Below, piece by piece: positions 19,284-29,623 of a stretch of 64,000 nt of DNA; within the stretch, counting starts at the first letter, position 1; every line of letters begins with the position of its first letter. A program made the position numbers and the translations under genes. The notes under the pieces were generated by a model that searched no databases, was not told where the DNA came from, and worked only from the letters and a program-made list of their open reading frames with translations. Source of the stretch: Reclinomonas americana ATCC 50394 (Eukaryota); assembly GCA_048213135.1 (NCBI GenBank), contig PS015010.1, positions 1,612,001-1,676,000 on the forward strand, given 5' to 3'.

Positions 19284-19479
19284 ACACCATTGGTAAATTA
19301 TGCCTGAAGTACGTCACCGGGGTCTCACAGGAACCCATCCGCGGTGCAGACAAACCAATGTGAAGACCCCGGCGGAACTATACACCATTGGCAAACTGGG
19401 TCTGAAGTATATCACTTGGGTCTCACAGACGCCCATCCTCAGTGCAGACGACCCAATGTGAAGACCCCGGCGGAACGCT
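19284..19479. repeat. Tandem duplication of a ~98-bp unit containing a REP-like palindrome, family B (CCGGGGTCT...AGACCCCGGCGGAAC)
   Basis: Units start ACACCATTGG at 19284 and 19382; related copy at 54261-54298. Confidence 0.8.
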
Positions 19480-19587
19480 ATCCCCTGCACCGTCCCATTT
19501 TTCATTCCTTCATTCCCCCAACTCTGCCATCCTGTCACTTTTCATTCCTTTTTAGTTATCTTTGCACTCTTAAAAACGAGCACCTCC

Positions 19588-21006
19588 ATGTTGGACCTGA
19601 AGCAGGACAAGACACACGATGAGAGCCGCCAGGGAGAGGCATTTGCCCCCTTTGCCGTTGACTCCAACACCTATCCCAAGCACTTTTACATTGAGAGCTA
19701 TGGCTGCGCTATGAACTTTGCCGACAGCGAAGTGGTGGCATCCATACTGATTAAGGAAGGCTTTGGCGCCACCCGTGACGTGGAACAGGCCGATCTCATA
19801 TTCGTCAACACCTGCTCCATCCGCGAAAAGGCAGAACAGACCGTACGCAAACGCCTAACCGAATTCCGCCGCCTGAAAAGGGAACGCCCCGGCATGCTCG
19901 TAGGTGTACTGGGCTGCATGGCCGAGCGGTTGAAAGCCAAATTCCTGGAAGAAGAGAAACTCGTGGACATGGTGGTGGGTCCGGATGCTTACCGCACCCT
20001 GCCCGGTCTTATCGAAGAAGCCAGCACGGGACAGAAAGCCGTGAACGTATTGCTCAGCCGTGATGAGACCTATGCCGACATCGCCCCCATCCGCCTCAAC
20101 AGCAATGGCATAACGGCATTCGTAAGTATTATGCGGGGTTGCAACAACATGTGCTCCTTCTGCGTGGTACCCTTCACCCGCGGACGTGAAAGGAGCCGCG
20201 ATGCATATTCAATTGTGGAAGAGTGCAAACAATTATTTGATGAGGGCTACCGTGAAGTAACACTGCTCGGCCAGAATGTAGACAGCTACCACTGGATCAG
20301 CGATACAACAGGCGAAACCGTCACTTTTGCCAAACTGATGGAAAAAGTGGCCCTGCTCTCTCCCCTGCTCCGCGTACGTTTTTCCACCTCGCATCCGAAA
20401 GATATTACAGACGAAGTGCTGTTCACCATGGCGAAATACGAGAACATCTGCAACTACATCCATCTGCCCGTACAAAGCGGCAGCACCCGTGTTTTGCAGA
20501 TGATGAACCGCACCTACAGCCGCGAATGGTACATTGCCAAAGTCAACCGCATCAGGGAAATACTGCCCGACTGCGGACTTTCTACAGATATGATCACCGG
20601 TTTCTGCACCGAAACCGAAGAAGAACACCAGGAATCACTCAGCCTCATGGAATATTGCCACTACGACCTGGCCTATATGTACTTCTATTCCGAAAGGCCC
20701 GGCACACTGGCGGCACGCCGTTTTGCGGATGATATACCACTGGATGTGAAGAAAAGAAGATTGCAGGAGATGATTGACCTCCACCGCCGCCATTCCCTCG
20801 CCAGTATGCAGCGGGAAGTGGGCAAAACATTTAAGGTACTGGTGGAAGGTACTTCCAAAAAAGACGACAACGAATTGTTCGGAAGGAACGATCAGAATAA
20901 AGTAATCGTGTTCCCCAAACGTCATCACCGCAAAGGCGATTATGTGCAGGTGAAAGTGGACCGCTGTACAGCCGGTACACTCCTGGGAACACCCTTAGCA
21001 GATTAA
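19588..21006 (+). CDS. miaB: tRNA-2-methylthio-N6-dimethylallyladenosine synthase MiaB
   Basis: UPF0004 ([16 protein letters not shown]), radical [12 protein letters not shown]-terminal TRAM domain. Confidence 0.95.
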   Translation: MLDLKQDKTHDESRQGEAFAPFAVDSNTYPKHFYIESYGCAMNFADSEVVASILIKEGFGATRDVEQADLIFVNTCSIREKAEQTVRKRLTEFRRLKRERPGMLVGVLGCMAERLKAKFLEEEKLVDMVVGPDAYRTLPGLIEEASTGQKAVNVLLSRDETYADIAPIRLNSNGITAFVSIMRGCNNMCSFCVVPFTRGRERSRDAYSIVEECKQLFDEGYREVTLLGQNVDSYHWISDTTGETVTFAKLMEKVALLSPLLRVRFSTSHPKDITDEVLFTMAKYENICNYIHLPVQSGSTRVLQMMNRTYSREWYIAKVNRIREILPDCGLSTDMITGFCTETEEEHQESLSLMEYCHYDLAYMYFYSERPGTLAARRFADDIPLDVKKRRLQEMIDLHRRHSLASMQREVGKTFKVLVEGTSKKDDNELFGRNDQNKVIVFPKRHHRKGDYVQVKVDRCTAGTLLGTPLAD

Positions 21007-21035
21007 TAACGGCCCAACAGGCGAACTATTATACA

Positions 21036-22265
21036 ATGGACTTACAACAGATCAAGAACAGGTTTGGCATTATCGGCAACTCATCTGCCCTCAACCACGC
21101 GTTGAATGTAGCGGCACAGGTGGCCAACACCGACCTCAGCGTACTCATCAATGGTGAAAGCGGTGTGGGTAAGGAAGTGTTTTCACAGATCATCCATGCC
21201 CTCAGCGCCCGCAAGCACAACTCCTTTATCGCGGTAAACTGCGGCGCCATACCCGAAGGCACCATCGACTCCGAATTATTCGGCCATGAAAAAGGCTCCT
21301 TCACCGGCGCCGTCGACAGCCGCAAAGGTTATTTCGAAACCGTGAACGGCGGCACCATCTTCCTCGATGAAATTGGCGAAATGCCATTGGGCACACAGGC
21401 CCGCCTGCTGCGTGTACTGGAAGCAGGGGAATACATCCGCGTGGGCAGCAGTAAAGTGCAGAAGACAGATGTACGGGTGATCGCCGCTACCAACAAAGAA
21501 CTCATTGAATATGTACAGGCCGGCAAGTTCCGGGAAGATCTGTACTATCGCCTCAATACCGTACCCATCCGCGTACCGGCCCTCCGCGACCGCAAGGAAG
21601 ACATTCCGCTGCTGTTCCGCAAATTCGTTTCCGATTTCGCAGACCGGTACCGCACCACACCCGTGCAACTGGAAGATGACGCCCGCCAGGTACTCATCAA
21701 TTATACATGGCCGGGAAATGTCCGTGAACTGAAGAACATCGCCGAACAGATATCAGTACTGAGCCAGGACAAACTGATCACCGCCGCGGCATTGCGCAAC
21801 TTCCTGCCTGAACACAACTACTCCCGTATGCCCGTACTGGCAGGCGGCACCGGCAACGTAAGCCAGACCGAATTCGCCAATGAAAGAGAAATACTTTACA
21901 AACTGTTCTTCGACATGAAGAAGGACGTGACCGAACTGAAGAAAATGTTCTTCGACATATTGCAGAACCCTTCCATAGCACAGCATGCGCCGGTATACCA
22001 GGCAGACAGCAATAACCTGAAAGAATATGTGCCCATCGCCCCATCGGTGCAAAGCAACCAACCCATGATCATCCACCACAACGGGGATGACATTCACCAC
22101 CACGAGGATGTGGAAGAATCGCTGAGCATCATGGATAAGGAAAAGGAACTCATCATTAAAGCGCTGAAAAAACACAAAGGCAAACGCAAGGATGCCTCGC
22201 TTGACCTGGGCATCAGCGAAAGAACATTATACCGCAAACTGAAGGAGTACGATATTGAAGAGTAA
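21036..22265 (+). CDS. Sigma-54-interaction AAA+ transcriptional regulator with Fis-type HTH and no receiver domain
   Basis: GESGVGKE, SELFGHEKGSFTGA, FLDEIGE, WPGNVREL, LGISERTLYRK. Confidence 0.92.
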   Translation: MDLQQIKNRFGIIGNSSALNHALNVAAQVANTDLSVLINGESGVGKEVFSQIIHALSARKHNSFIAVNCGAIPEGTIDSELFGHEKGSFTGAVDSRKGYFETVNGGTIFLDEIGEMPLGTQARLLRVLEAGEYIRVGSSKVQKTDVRVIAATNKELIEYVQAGKFREDLYYRLNTVPIRVPALRDRKEDIPLLFRKFVSDFADRYRTTPVQLEDDARQVLINYTWPGNVRELKNIAEQISVLSQDKLITAAALRNFLPEHNYSRMPVLAGGTGNVSQTEFANEREILYKLFFDMKKDVTELKKMFFDILQNPSIAQHAPVYQADSNNLKEYVPIAPSVQSNQPMIIHHNGDDIHHHEDVEESLSIMDKEKELIIKALKKHKGKRKDASLDLGISERTLYRKLKEYDIEE

Positions 22266-22316
22266 TTATCTGTGTTTTAACAGCCATTATCCCGATTTCT
22301 GTTTAATTTGCCATTG

Positions 22317-22856
22317 ATGACATCCTTATTTCCATCCCGGTTTTTCCGTTCGCTGAAACATGCAGCTATAGCCTGCCTGCTGGCCTTTACCTGTACTTAC
22401 GCCACCTGTAAGTACGGCTTCCGCGATTCCTCTCCCATTCCCCCGGAGGTTAAGACCTTCCGCGTGAATTACCTGGAGAACAAAGCCCAGTATGTGAATA
22501 CACAACTGAGTCCGCAGCTCACCGAAAAACTCAAACAAAAGATCATCAATACCACCCGGCTGCGCCAGACCAACGACGATGATGCGCATTACGACATCAG
22601 CGGTTATGTATCGCAGTACTACCCCACAACCGTGGGCATCAGCAACGGCCAGGCCAGCGGCAACCGCCTTACCGTGGGTTTTCACCTCGTATTCAAGAAC
22701 AGGTTTGATGAAAAGAAAAACATAGAGGCCGACATCAGCCGTAATTTCGATTTCCCGGCATCGCAAAGCCTGTCACAAGCCGAAGCGGCACTCAATACCG
22801 AGATCATCCGCAACCTCGTGGACGAAATCTTTAATAAAATATTTTCCAACTGGTAG
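22317..22856 (+). CDS. lptE: LptE family LPS-assembly lipoprotein
   Basis: Lipoprotein-like Cys, C-terminal IFNKIFSNW, conserved Bacteroidota position between the sigma54 regulator and secG; start codon uncertain. Confidence 0.8.
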   Translation: MTSLFPSRFFRSLKHAAIACLLAFTCTYATCKYGFRDSSPIPPEVKTFRVNYLENKAQYVNTQLSPQLTEKLKQKIINTTRLRQTNDDDAHYDISGYVSQYYPTTVGISNGQASGNRLTVGFHLVFKNRFDEKKNIEADISRNFDFPASQSLSQAEAALNTEIIRNLVDEIFNKIFSNW

Positions 22857-22867
22857 TCCAACGATCC

Positions 22868-23683
22868 ATGATACCACACTCCGACATATTTGAGGCGCTG
22901 TTCAAAAAACCGGTAACCGACCCCGGCAACCGGCAGATGCTGCAGCAGGTAACAGAAGAACATCCTTACTTCACCGCGGCACAGTTCTTTTTGTTCAGTC
23001 AGGCCGACAAACAATCAGCGGACTACAAAGAACAGGCAGCCCGCACCGCACTACTCTTCAACAACCCATTGTGGCTGCAGTGGCAGCTCACTTACGGCGA
23101 TCATCCCATACCACCATTATCCCGTACGGTAACGGCGCCGGCTGAAGTTCCCGCAGTTGAAGAAGAAACAACCGCATTACCCGAAGCCCCGGTTATGGCA
23201 GAACCGGTAGCTGAAATACAGGAAGAGGCTCCCGCTCCCGCTGAGGAGCGCAGCATACCCGAAGAAACAGAAGAACAGGCTATCGCCGAAGCCCGCGACA
23301 AACAGGGAAGCGAAGAAGAGCCACTGTTCGAACCCATGCACCTGGTGGATTACTTTGCCTCGCAGGGCATCAAACTCAATGAAGAGGCACTGCAAAGCGA
23401 CAAACTGGGCAAACAGCTCCGCAGCTTTACCGACTGGCTCAAAACCATGAAGAAAGTGCATGCCGGTAAACTGCCGGCCACCACAGAGCAGGCCGAAAAA
23501 ATGGTTCAGCATCTTGCGGAAAAAAGCAATATCAACCGGGAAGTGCTGACCGAGGCCATGGCGGAAGTGTTTGTAAAGCAGGGCCGTAACGATAAAGCGC
23601 TGGAATTGTACCAAAAATTAAGTTTGCTCAATCCCTCCAAAAACGCTTACTTTGCAGCCAAAATTGCCGGACTGGGCGGTTAA
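22868..23683 (+). CDS. Conserved hypothetical protein with C-terminal TPR-like motif
   Basis: TEAMAEVFVKQG..KALELYQKLSLLNPSKNAYFAAKI; acidic linker. Confidence 0.8.
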   Translation: MIPHSDIFEALFKKPVTDPGNRQMLQQVTEEHPYFTAAQFFLFSQADKQSADYKEQAARTALLFNNPLWLQWQLTYGDHPIPPLSRTVTAPAEVPAVEEETTALPEAPVMAEPVAEIQEEAPAPAEERSIPEETEEQAIAEARDKQGSEEEPLFEPMHLVDYFASQGIKLNEEALQSDKLGKQLRSFTDWLKTMKKVHAGKLPATTEQAEKMVQHLAEKSNINREVLTEAMAEVFVKQGRNDKALELYQKLSLLNPSKNAYFAAKIAGLGG

Positions 23684-23725
23684 GCCGCTCTGTTTCAACG
23701 TTAAAAACAAAAACAATAAGATTAT

Positions 23726-24070
23726 ATGCTGATCCTTTTCGCCATTTTAGTGATACTTGCTTCTGTAGTATTGGGCTTTTTCGTTTTGATCCAGAATCCT
23801 AAAGGTGGTGGATTGTCCTCCGGTTTTGGCGGTATCGGTAACCAGTTGATGGGTGTAAAACAAACCACCGACGTACTGGAAAAAGGTACCTGGATGTTTG
23901 CCGCTGTTGTGGGCCTTTTGTGCATCCTGTCGCCTGTTTTCATTCCCAAATCAGGCGGTTCTACACAGAACGATGAACTGATCAAAGGTGTGTCACCACA
24001 GTCACCTAAACAAAACACCACGCAAATGCCGGCTGCACCAACGCAACCCGACACCAACAAAGCCAAATAA
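23726..24070 (+). CDS. secG: Preprotein translocase subunit SecG
   Basis: VLIQNPKGGGLSSGFGG and LEKGTW motifs; 2 TM helices. Confidence 0.95.
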   Translation: MLILFAILVILASVVLGFFVLIQNPKGGGLSSGFGGIGNQLMGVKQTTDVLEKGTWMFAAVVGLLCILSPVFIPKSGGSTQNDELIKGVSPQSPKQNTTQMPAAPTQPDTNKAK

Positions 24071-24088
24071 TTTTTACAAAATATTTAT

Positions 24089-24117
24089 AACCCCGTCCTT
24101 ATCCGGCGGGGTTTTTT
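24089..24117 (+). terminator. Intrinsic terminator after secG
   Basis: aaccccgtc/ggcggggtt stem followed by a T-run. Confidence 0.75.
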
Positions 24118-24151
24118 ATTTTACTTTGTTCCGCCTCTTCATAATCATTCC

Positions 24152-25183
24152 ATGAAAAAAAAGATCATCACCATCATCATACTCGTCCTCCTGCTCGGAG
24201 GCGGTTTCGCGGCCTGGCAACTGTTTGGCCCTACCGTATCGGCACCCGAAGGACGTTATATCTACATTAAGACAGGCGCTACCTACGATGACGTTAAAAA
24301 AGAACTGCTGGAACAGAAAGTGATCAGCGGCACCTTCTTTTTCGATAAAGTGGCCCGCTATGTCAAATACCCCGCTTCGGTTAAGCCCGGCCGTTACCAG
24401 GTGAAAGGCGGCATGAGCCTCGTGAACCTCGTACGTATGCTCCGCTCCGGCAACCAGGCACCCGTAAAACTGGTGATCATCAAACTGCGCACCCGCGAGG
24501 ACCTGGCCCAGAAGATCGCCGCCAATTTTGAATGCGACTCCGCTTCCGTCATCGCCCTGCTGAACAACCGCGATTCCATGCAACGGTACCACCTCGACAG
24601 CAACACTCTCATGACCGCCGTAATACCCAACACCTACAATATTCTCTGGAACAGCTCCCCTTCCCGCATATTCGCCAAACTCTACAATGAGAGCGAAAAA
24701 TTCTGGAATGAAGAACGCATCCGCAAAGCGGCATCACTCAACCTGCGGCCCGACCAGGTGTATACCCTCGCCAGTATCGTGGAAGAAGAGACCAATGCGC
24801 CGGAAGACAAAGGGAAGATCGCCAGCGTATATATGAACCGCATGGAAACAGGCATGAAGCTGGAAGCCGATCCCACGGTTAAGTTCGCTATGCGTGACTT
24901 CGGGCTGAAACGTATACTCAACGGGCATTTGCAGTACCCGTCGCCTTACAATACCTACCAGCATACCGGTTTGCCGCCCGGCCCCATCTGCACCCCTTCC
25001 ATCAATACCATCGACGCGGTACTGGACGCCCCGCAAACCAACTATATATTTTTTGTGGCCAAACCCGATTTTAAAGGACTGTCCAATTTCGCCTCCACCT
25101 ATGCCGAGCATATGATCTATGCCAAAGCCTACCGCGATGCACTGGACAGTATCATCATCAGGAAGAGGGCCGGCAACCCTTAG
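24152..25183 (+). CDS. mltG: Endolytic transglycosylase MltG
   Basis: LASIVEEET, KLEADPTV, SPYNTY..GLPPGPI. Confidence 0.95.
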   Translation: MKKKIITIIILVLLLGGGFAAWQLFGPTVSAPEGRYIYIKTGATYDDVKKELLEQKVISGTFFFDKVARYVKYPASVKPGRYQVKGGMSLVNLVRMLRSGNQAPVKLVIIKLRTREDLAQKIAANFECDSASVIALLNNRDSMQRYHLDSNTLMTAVIPNTYNILWNSSPSRIFAKLYNESEKFWNEERIRKAASLNLRPDQVYTLASIVEEETNAPEDKGKIASVYMNRMETGMKLEADPTVKFAMRDFGLKRILNGHLQYPSPYNTYQHTGLPPGPICTPSINTIDAVLDAPQTNYIFFVAKPDFKGLSNFASTYAEHMIYAKAYRDALDSIIIRKRAGNP

Positions 25184-25250
25184 CGGCTTCCTATTATGAC
25201 GCATAATGGCTAATTTGTACCATCAACCGTAACAGCAACCATATACAGCA

Positions 25251-26267
25251 GTGACCAGACTGGAACGCATACTCGCCACCCGTACGCCCCTGGCTTTCTT
25301 CCTGAAGAAGAGCCAGCACTGGCACCTGCCCGGCTTTGAAGGTGTGCCCCTGTATGATGTGATGAAATTCTTCTACCGCCAGATGAAGACCACCAGCATT
25401 ACAGAAAGGGCCTCGGCGATCGCGTATAATTTTATTATGTCGATACCGCCTTCCTTCCTGTTCCTGTTCACGCTCATCACCAACCTGCCTTTTATCAAAA
25501 CAAGGGACATACAACGGCAGATCCATTTTCTCATCCGGGACATCATTCCTGCCGAGACCTATAACCGGGAGATCATCGGTTTTATCGACAAAACATTTTT
25601 CAAAGCACCCGCATTCGGGTTAATCTCTTTCGGACTTTTGCTGGCCCTTTTCTTTGCCTCCAATGCCATGATGGGCATTATGCGATCGTTCAATAAGAAC
25701 TATGTGGGATTTGAAAAAAGGGCCGGGCTGCACAACCGGTGGATCGCCATCCGCCTCACCACGCTTATTTTCGGGCTGGTGCTGGGCTGCCTTATCCTCC
25801 TGCTGACACAGGGCGCCGTACTGAAGCTGCTTGGCGTTAAAAGCACCTGGGTACGTGACCTGATCTTTTATGTGCGGTGGCTCTTCCTGGTAGCACTGGT
25901 GTTTTATACCATCGCCTTCATTTACAAGTATGCCCCTGCGGTACAGAAAAGGTGGAAACTGGTATCGCCCGGCAGTATCCTGGCGGCAGTACTGTGCATT
26001 GCCGCCTCCATGGGCTTCTCTTATTTTGTGAATAACTTCGCCAGGTACAACGCTTTATACGGGGCAATTGGCGCCATTATTGTACTTATGGCGCTGGTGT
26101 ATATCAACTCCCTGGTACTGCTGATCGGGTTTGAACTGAACGTGAGCATCAAATCACTGAAATCCATCGCCGAGAACCGGGAAGCCAAAGAAAAAGCCGC
26201 CGCCAAAACCGATTACACGAGCGGTAGCGCCGAAAGTCCGGGTGATCGTAACTTTAAGAGACCCTGA
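25251..26267 (+). CDS. YihY/virulence factor BrkB family membrane protein
   Basis: ASAIAYNF, YNALYGAIGAIIVLM, LIGFELN. Confidence 0.9.
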   Translation: MTRLERILATRTPLAFFLKKSQHWHLPGFEGVPLYDVMKFFYRQMKTTSITERASAIAYNFIMSIPPSFLFLFTLITNLPFIKTRDIQRQIHFLIRDIIPAETYNREIIGFIDKTFFKAPAFGLISFGLLLALFFASNAMMGIMRSFNKNYVGFEKRAGLHNRWIAIRLTTLIFGLVLGCLILLLTQGAVLKLLGVKSTWVRDLIFYVRWLFLVALVFYTIAFIYKYAPAVQKRWKLVSPGSILAAVLCIAASMGFSYFVNNFARYNALYGAIGAIIVLMALVYINSLVLLIGFELNVSIKSLKSIAENREAKEKAAAKTDYTSGSAESPGDRNFKRP

Positions 26268-26306
26268 TCCGGGATGTCAATTCGCAAATCAATCAAATAA
26301 AACAAT

Positions 26307-26912
26307 ATGAAAAAAATAATCTTCTTCTCCGCCGCGGCAGTTGCACTCGCCAGTATGGCTTTCGTTGCCGCCGGACCGCTTCCCATTGGCAGCAGCATGC
26401 CCAAGGCCGATGTTAAAATGAAAGACATTTCAGGTAAAGAGATCGCCATGCAGGATGTGAAGCAGGACCATGGCGTACTGGTGATGTTCAGTTGCAATAC
26501 CTGCCCGTATGTGATCAAGAACCAGGAGCGTACCGTAGACATTTCGCAGTATGCGCAAAAGAACAAGATCGGTGTTATTGTTCTGAACAGCAACGAGGCC
26601 CAGCGCGACGATGCCGACAGCTATGCGGCCATGCAATCTTATGCTAAGGACCAGAACTACAAATGGAGTTATGTTGTAGATAAAAACAATGAAGTGGCCG
26701 ATGCTTTTGGTGCCAATCGCACACCGGAATGTTTCCTGTTCGATAAGAACCTGAAACTGGTATACCACGGTGCGATCGACGACAGCCCCTCCGATCCCGG
26801 CAGTGTATCCCGCAACCACCTCAAAGTAGCCATTGATGAACTCTCCGCCGGTAAAGACATTACCGTGAAAGAAAGCAAGAGTGTGGGATGTACTATTAAA
26901 AGGAAAGGATAA
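26307..26912 (+). CDS. Thioredoxin-like/redoxin family protein
   Basis: CNTCPYV, FGANRTPECFLFD, YHGAIDD, GCTIK. Confidence 0.9.
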   Translation: MKKIIFFSAAAVALASMAFVAAGPLPIGSSMPKADVKMKDISGKEIAMQDVKQDHGVLVMFSCNTCPYVIKNQERTVDISQYAQKNKIGVIVLNSNEAQRDDADSYAAMQSYAKDQNYKWSYVVDKNNEVADAFGANRTPECFLFDKNLKLVYHGAIDDSPSDPGSVSRNHLKVAIDELSAGKDITVKESKSVGCTIKRKG

Positions 26913-26951
26913 TGTAATTACGAATTACTAATTACTAATGTTTTATAATAC

Positions 26952-26981
26952 AAAGAGCTTGTCAGTTGACAGGCTCTTTTG
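26952..26981. terminator. Bidirectional intrinsic terminator
   Basis: aaagagcttgtc/gacaggctcttt stem between convergent genes. Confidence 0.7.
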
Positions 26982-27015
26982 TTTATTGTTATGTATCTTG
27001 CAGCCCCGCTCCTTC

Positions 27016-27138
27016 ATTCGTAATTCGTAATTCGTAATTCGTAATTCGTAATTCGTAATTCGTAATTCGTAATTCGTAATTCGTAATTCGTAATTCGTAA
27101 TTCGTAATTCGTAATTCGTAATTCGTAATTCGTAATTC
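27016..27138. repeat. Perfect tandem heptamer array (ATTCGTA)x17 plus a partial unit
   Basis: Counted directly in the sequence. Confidence 0.97.
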
Positions 27139-27139
27139 C

Positions 27140-27627
27140 TCAATTCCCAATCGCCATCTTCACCGCCTCTTCAAACTTCTCTTCCTTCATCTCTTCCTCG
27201 AAGAATATTTTTTCCCTGTTTTACTATTGACGATGATCGTAGCGGGTATAGCGCCGCTCCATTGAGGGTCGATCTGCGGGCAGAAGATGTCGGCATTGGT
27301 CTCCTTCAGCCAAACAATCTCCGGTGTATAGTTATTCTTTTTAGCGAAAGCGGCTATTTTGGACGGGTAGAATGCCGGCAGGTCAAGGCTCACCAGCAGC
27401 AGTTTCACTTTTTTGTCCTTGTACTTGTCCGTAACCTTAATGAAGTAAGGTATTTCTTCGATGCAGGGCTTGCAGAAAGTAGCCCAGAAATTGACCACAT
27501 AAATGGTGTCGCTTTTCTTGCTGAAGCGCTTGACCACATCGGCCATTTTCACACTGGCGATATTTTGGGCTCCCGCCCCTGCCGAAAGCAGCAACAGGCA
27601 CACGGGAAGCAGTATTTTCCTTATCAT
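27140..27627 (-). CDS. TlpA family thioredoxin-like protein with an apparent frameshift near the 3' end
   Basis: VNFWATFCKPC, WSGAIPAT; the ORF as given stops at 27187, but one more A in the A6 run (27208-27213) gives KKIFFEEEMKEEKFEEAVKMAIGN* ending at 27140. Confidence 0.8.
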
Positions 27628-27817
27628 ACCCCAAATTACGAAATCGGGCCGGCAACGGTGCCAACATTTCGTTAAACGGCAAGCCTCTTTTGCAGTTTCC
27701 GGGGGCATTAATGCCGGTTGACAACCTCTTTGTGGATTACCGGAATCAACCTAAATTTGCACCGCAATTGGGTTAACCTTATTGACCCTATCCACTCATC
27801 AACAAATACACAGAATC

Positions 27818-29206
27818 ATGGCATATGATGTAATCGTGCTCGGCAGCGGACCTGGTGGTTACCCTGCAGCAATCCGTGCAAGTCAGTTAGGCAAAAAAGT
27901 AGCTATCGTTGAAAAGGAAAGCCTCGGGGGCATTTGTCTCAACTGGGGTTGTATCCCTACCAAGGCCCTGCTGAAAAGCGCACAGGTATACGAGTATGCC
28001 AAACATGCGGAAAGCTACGGCATCACCCTCAGCAATCCCGGTGCTGATTTTGGCGGCGTTATCAAACGCAGCCGCGGTGTGGCGGATAAAATGAGCAAGG
28101 GCGTTCAGTTCCTGATGAAGAAGAATAAAATTGATGTTATCATGGGCTTTGGCAAACTGCTGGCTCCCGGTAAACTGGAAGTAACGGCTGCCGATGGTAC
28201 CAAACAGGTGGTGGAAGCTAAAAATATAGTTGTAGCTACAGGCGGCAGGTCAAGGCAACTGCCTGCGATGCCCATCGACGGTAAAAAGATCATCGGCTAC
28301 CGCGAAGCGATGGTACTGCCCGAAATGCCCAAAAGCATGATCATCTGCGGCAGCGGCGCCATCGGCTCCGAGTTCGCTTATTTCTACAACAGCATGGGCA
28401 CCAAATGCACCATTGTTGAGTTTATGCCCAGGATCGTTCCGGTGGAAGATGAGGACATCAGCAAAGAACTGGAAAAACAATTCAAAAAACAGGGTATCGA
28501 TATCATGACCAGCAGCGAGGTAACCAAAGTGGATACCAGCGGGAATGGCGTGAAAGCCACCGTTAAGACGGCTGCAGGCGAACAGGTGCTGGAAGCCGAC
28601 ATCCTCCTGAGTGCTGTAGGCGTGATCGCTAACCTGGAAGGTATTGGTCTCGAAGAACTGGGCATTAAAACCGAAAAAGGGAAGATCATTGTGGATGCTA
28701 ACCAGCAGACCAATATACCTGGTATTTATGCCATCGGCGATTGTACCCCGGGCCAGGCCCTGGCACACGTTGCCACCAAAGAAGGTATCAATGCCGCTGA
28801 ACACCTGAGCGGCCATCACCCTGAACCTATGGATTACAACAATATCCCCGGTTGTACTTACTGCTCGCCCGAGATCGCTTCTGTAGGCTATACTGAAAAA
28901 GCGGCCAAAGAAGCCGGGTACGAGATCAAAGTGGGTAAATTCCCCTTCATGGCCAGCGGTAAAGCCAGCGCGGCCGGCGCTACCGAAGGTTTTGTAAAAG
29001 TGATCTACGATGCCAAATACGGTGAATTCCTGGGTTGCCATATGATCGGTATGAACGTAACTGAACTGATCGCCGAAGCGGTTACCGCCCGTAAACTGGA
29101 AACCACGGCCCACGAAATACTCAATGCCGTGCACCCGCACCCTACTATGAGCGAAGGTCTTAAAGAAGCTACCGCCGCGGCTTATGGTGAGGCCATCGAC
29201 ATTTAA
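27818..29206 (+). CDS. lpdA: Dihydrolipoyl dehydrogenase (E3)
   Basis: GSGPGGY, GGICLNWGCIPTK, HPHPTMSE. Confidence 0.96.
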   Translation: MAYDVIVLGSGPGGYPAAIRASQLGKKVAIVEKESLGGICLNWGCIPTKALLKSAQVYEYAKHAESYGITLSNPGADFGGVIKRSRGVADKMSKGVQFLMKKNKIDVIMGFGKLLAPGKLEVTAADGTKQVVEAKNIVVATGGRSRQLPAMPIDGKKIIGYREAMVLPEMPKSMIICGSGAIGSEFAYFYNSMGTKCTIVEFMPRIVPVEDEDISKELEKQFKKQGIDIMTSSEVTKVDTSGNGVKATVKTAAGEQVLEADILLSAVGVIANLEGIGLEELGIKTEKGKIIVDANQQTNIPGIYAIGDCTPGQALAHVATKEGINAAEHLSGHHPEPMDYNNIPGCTYCSPEIASVGYTEKAAKEAGYEIKVGKFPFMASGKASAAGATEGFVKVIYDAKYGEFLGCHMIGMNVTELIAEAVTARKLETTAHEILNAVHPHPTMSEGLKEATAAAYGEAIDI

Positions 29207-29230
29207 TAACACACCGGCTTTCAAATACGC

Positions 29231-29261
29231 AAAAAGCCATCCAATTAAGGGTGGCTTTTTT
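29231..29261 (+). terminator. Intrinsic terminator after lpdA
   Basis: aaaaagccatcc/gggtggctttttt stem-loop. Confidence 0.75.
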
Positions 29262-29623
29262 GCGCTGGTATTAGGAAGAGACCTGGAAGATCGTCTGCAG
29301 GCAACAGCATACCTGCCCATTCAAGGAATGGCGCCTTGCCAGAATAATATAGGAATGGTTAAAAGTTAATTATGAGACCAGTCGGCCTGGGCCGCATTTG
29401 AAAAAAAGTCCCGGAATGAAAAGAATACAACACCACATATCAGCATCTTCTCCCTGCTGTATACAGATTAAAAGGGGACAGTTTTCATAATCCGCACGGT
29501 TATTAATGTTATAGACGAAAATAACCAGCAAATGGTTGCAACACCTAATAGAAGCCTGTCCATTTACAGTTGCTTTTGAACTATTCCCGTTGTAATTTGT
29601 ATTCAGATTAAACAGTTTCTTCT

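Noticed and set aside
19588-24070. miaB/sigma54 activator/lptE/TPR/secG block as a novel system
   Set aside because: Common conserved Bacteroidota housekeeping arrangement.
26943-27143. 66-aa ORF (NYELRIT)n
   Set aside because: Simply the translation of the heptamer array; no evidence it is a protein.
29270-29600. Unexplained intergenic stretch after lpdA
   Set aside because: Only short ORFs without motifs and no clear RNA structure.
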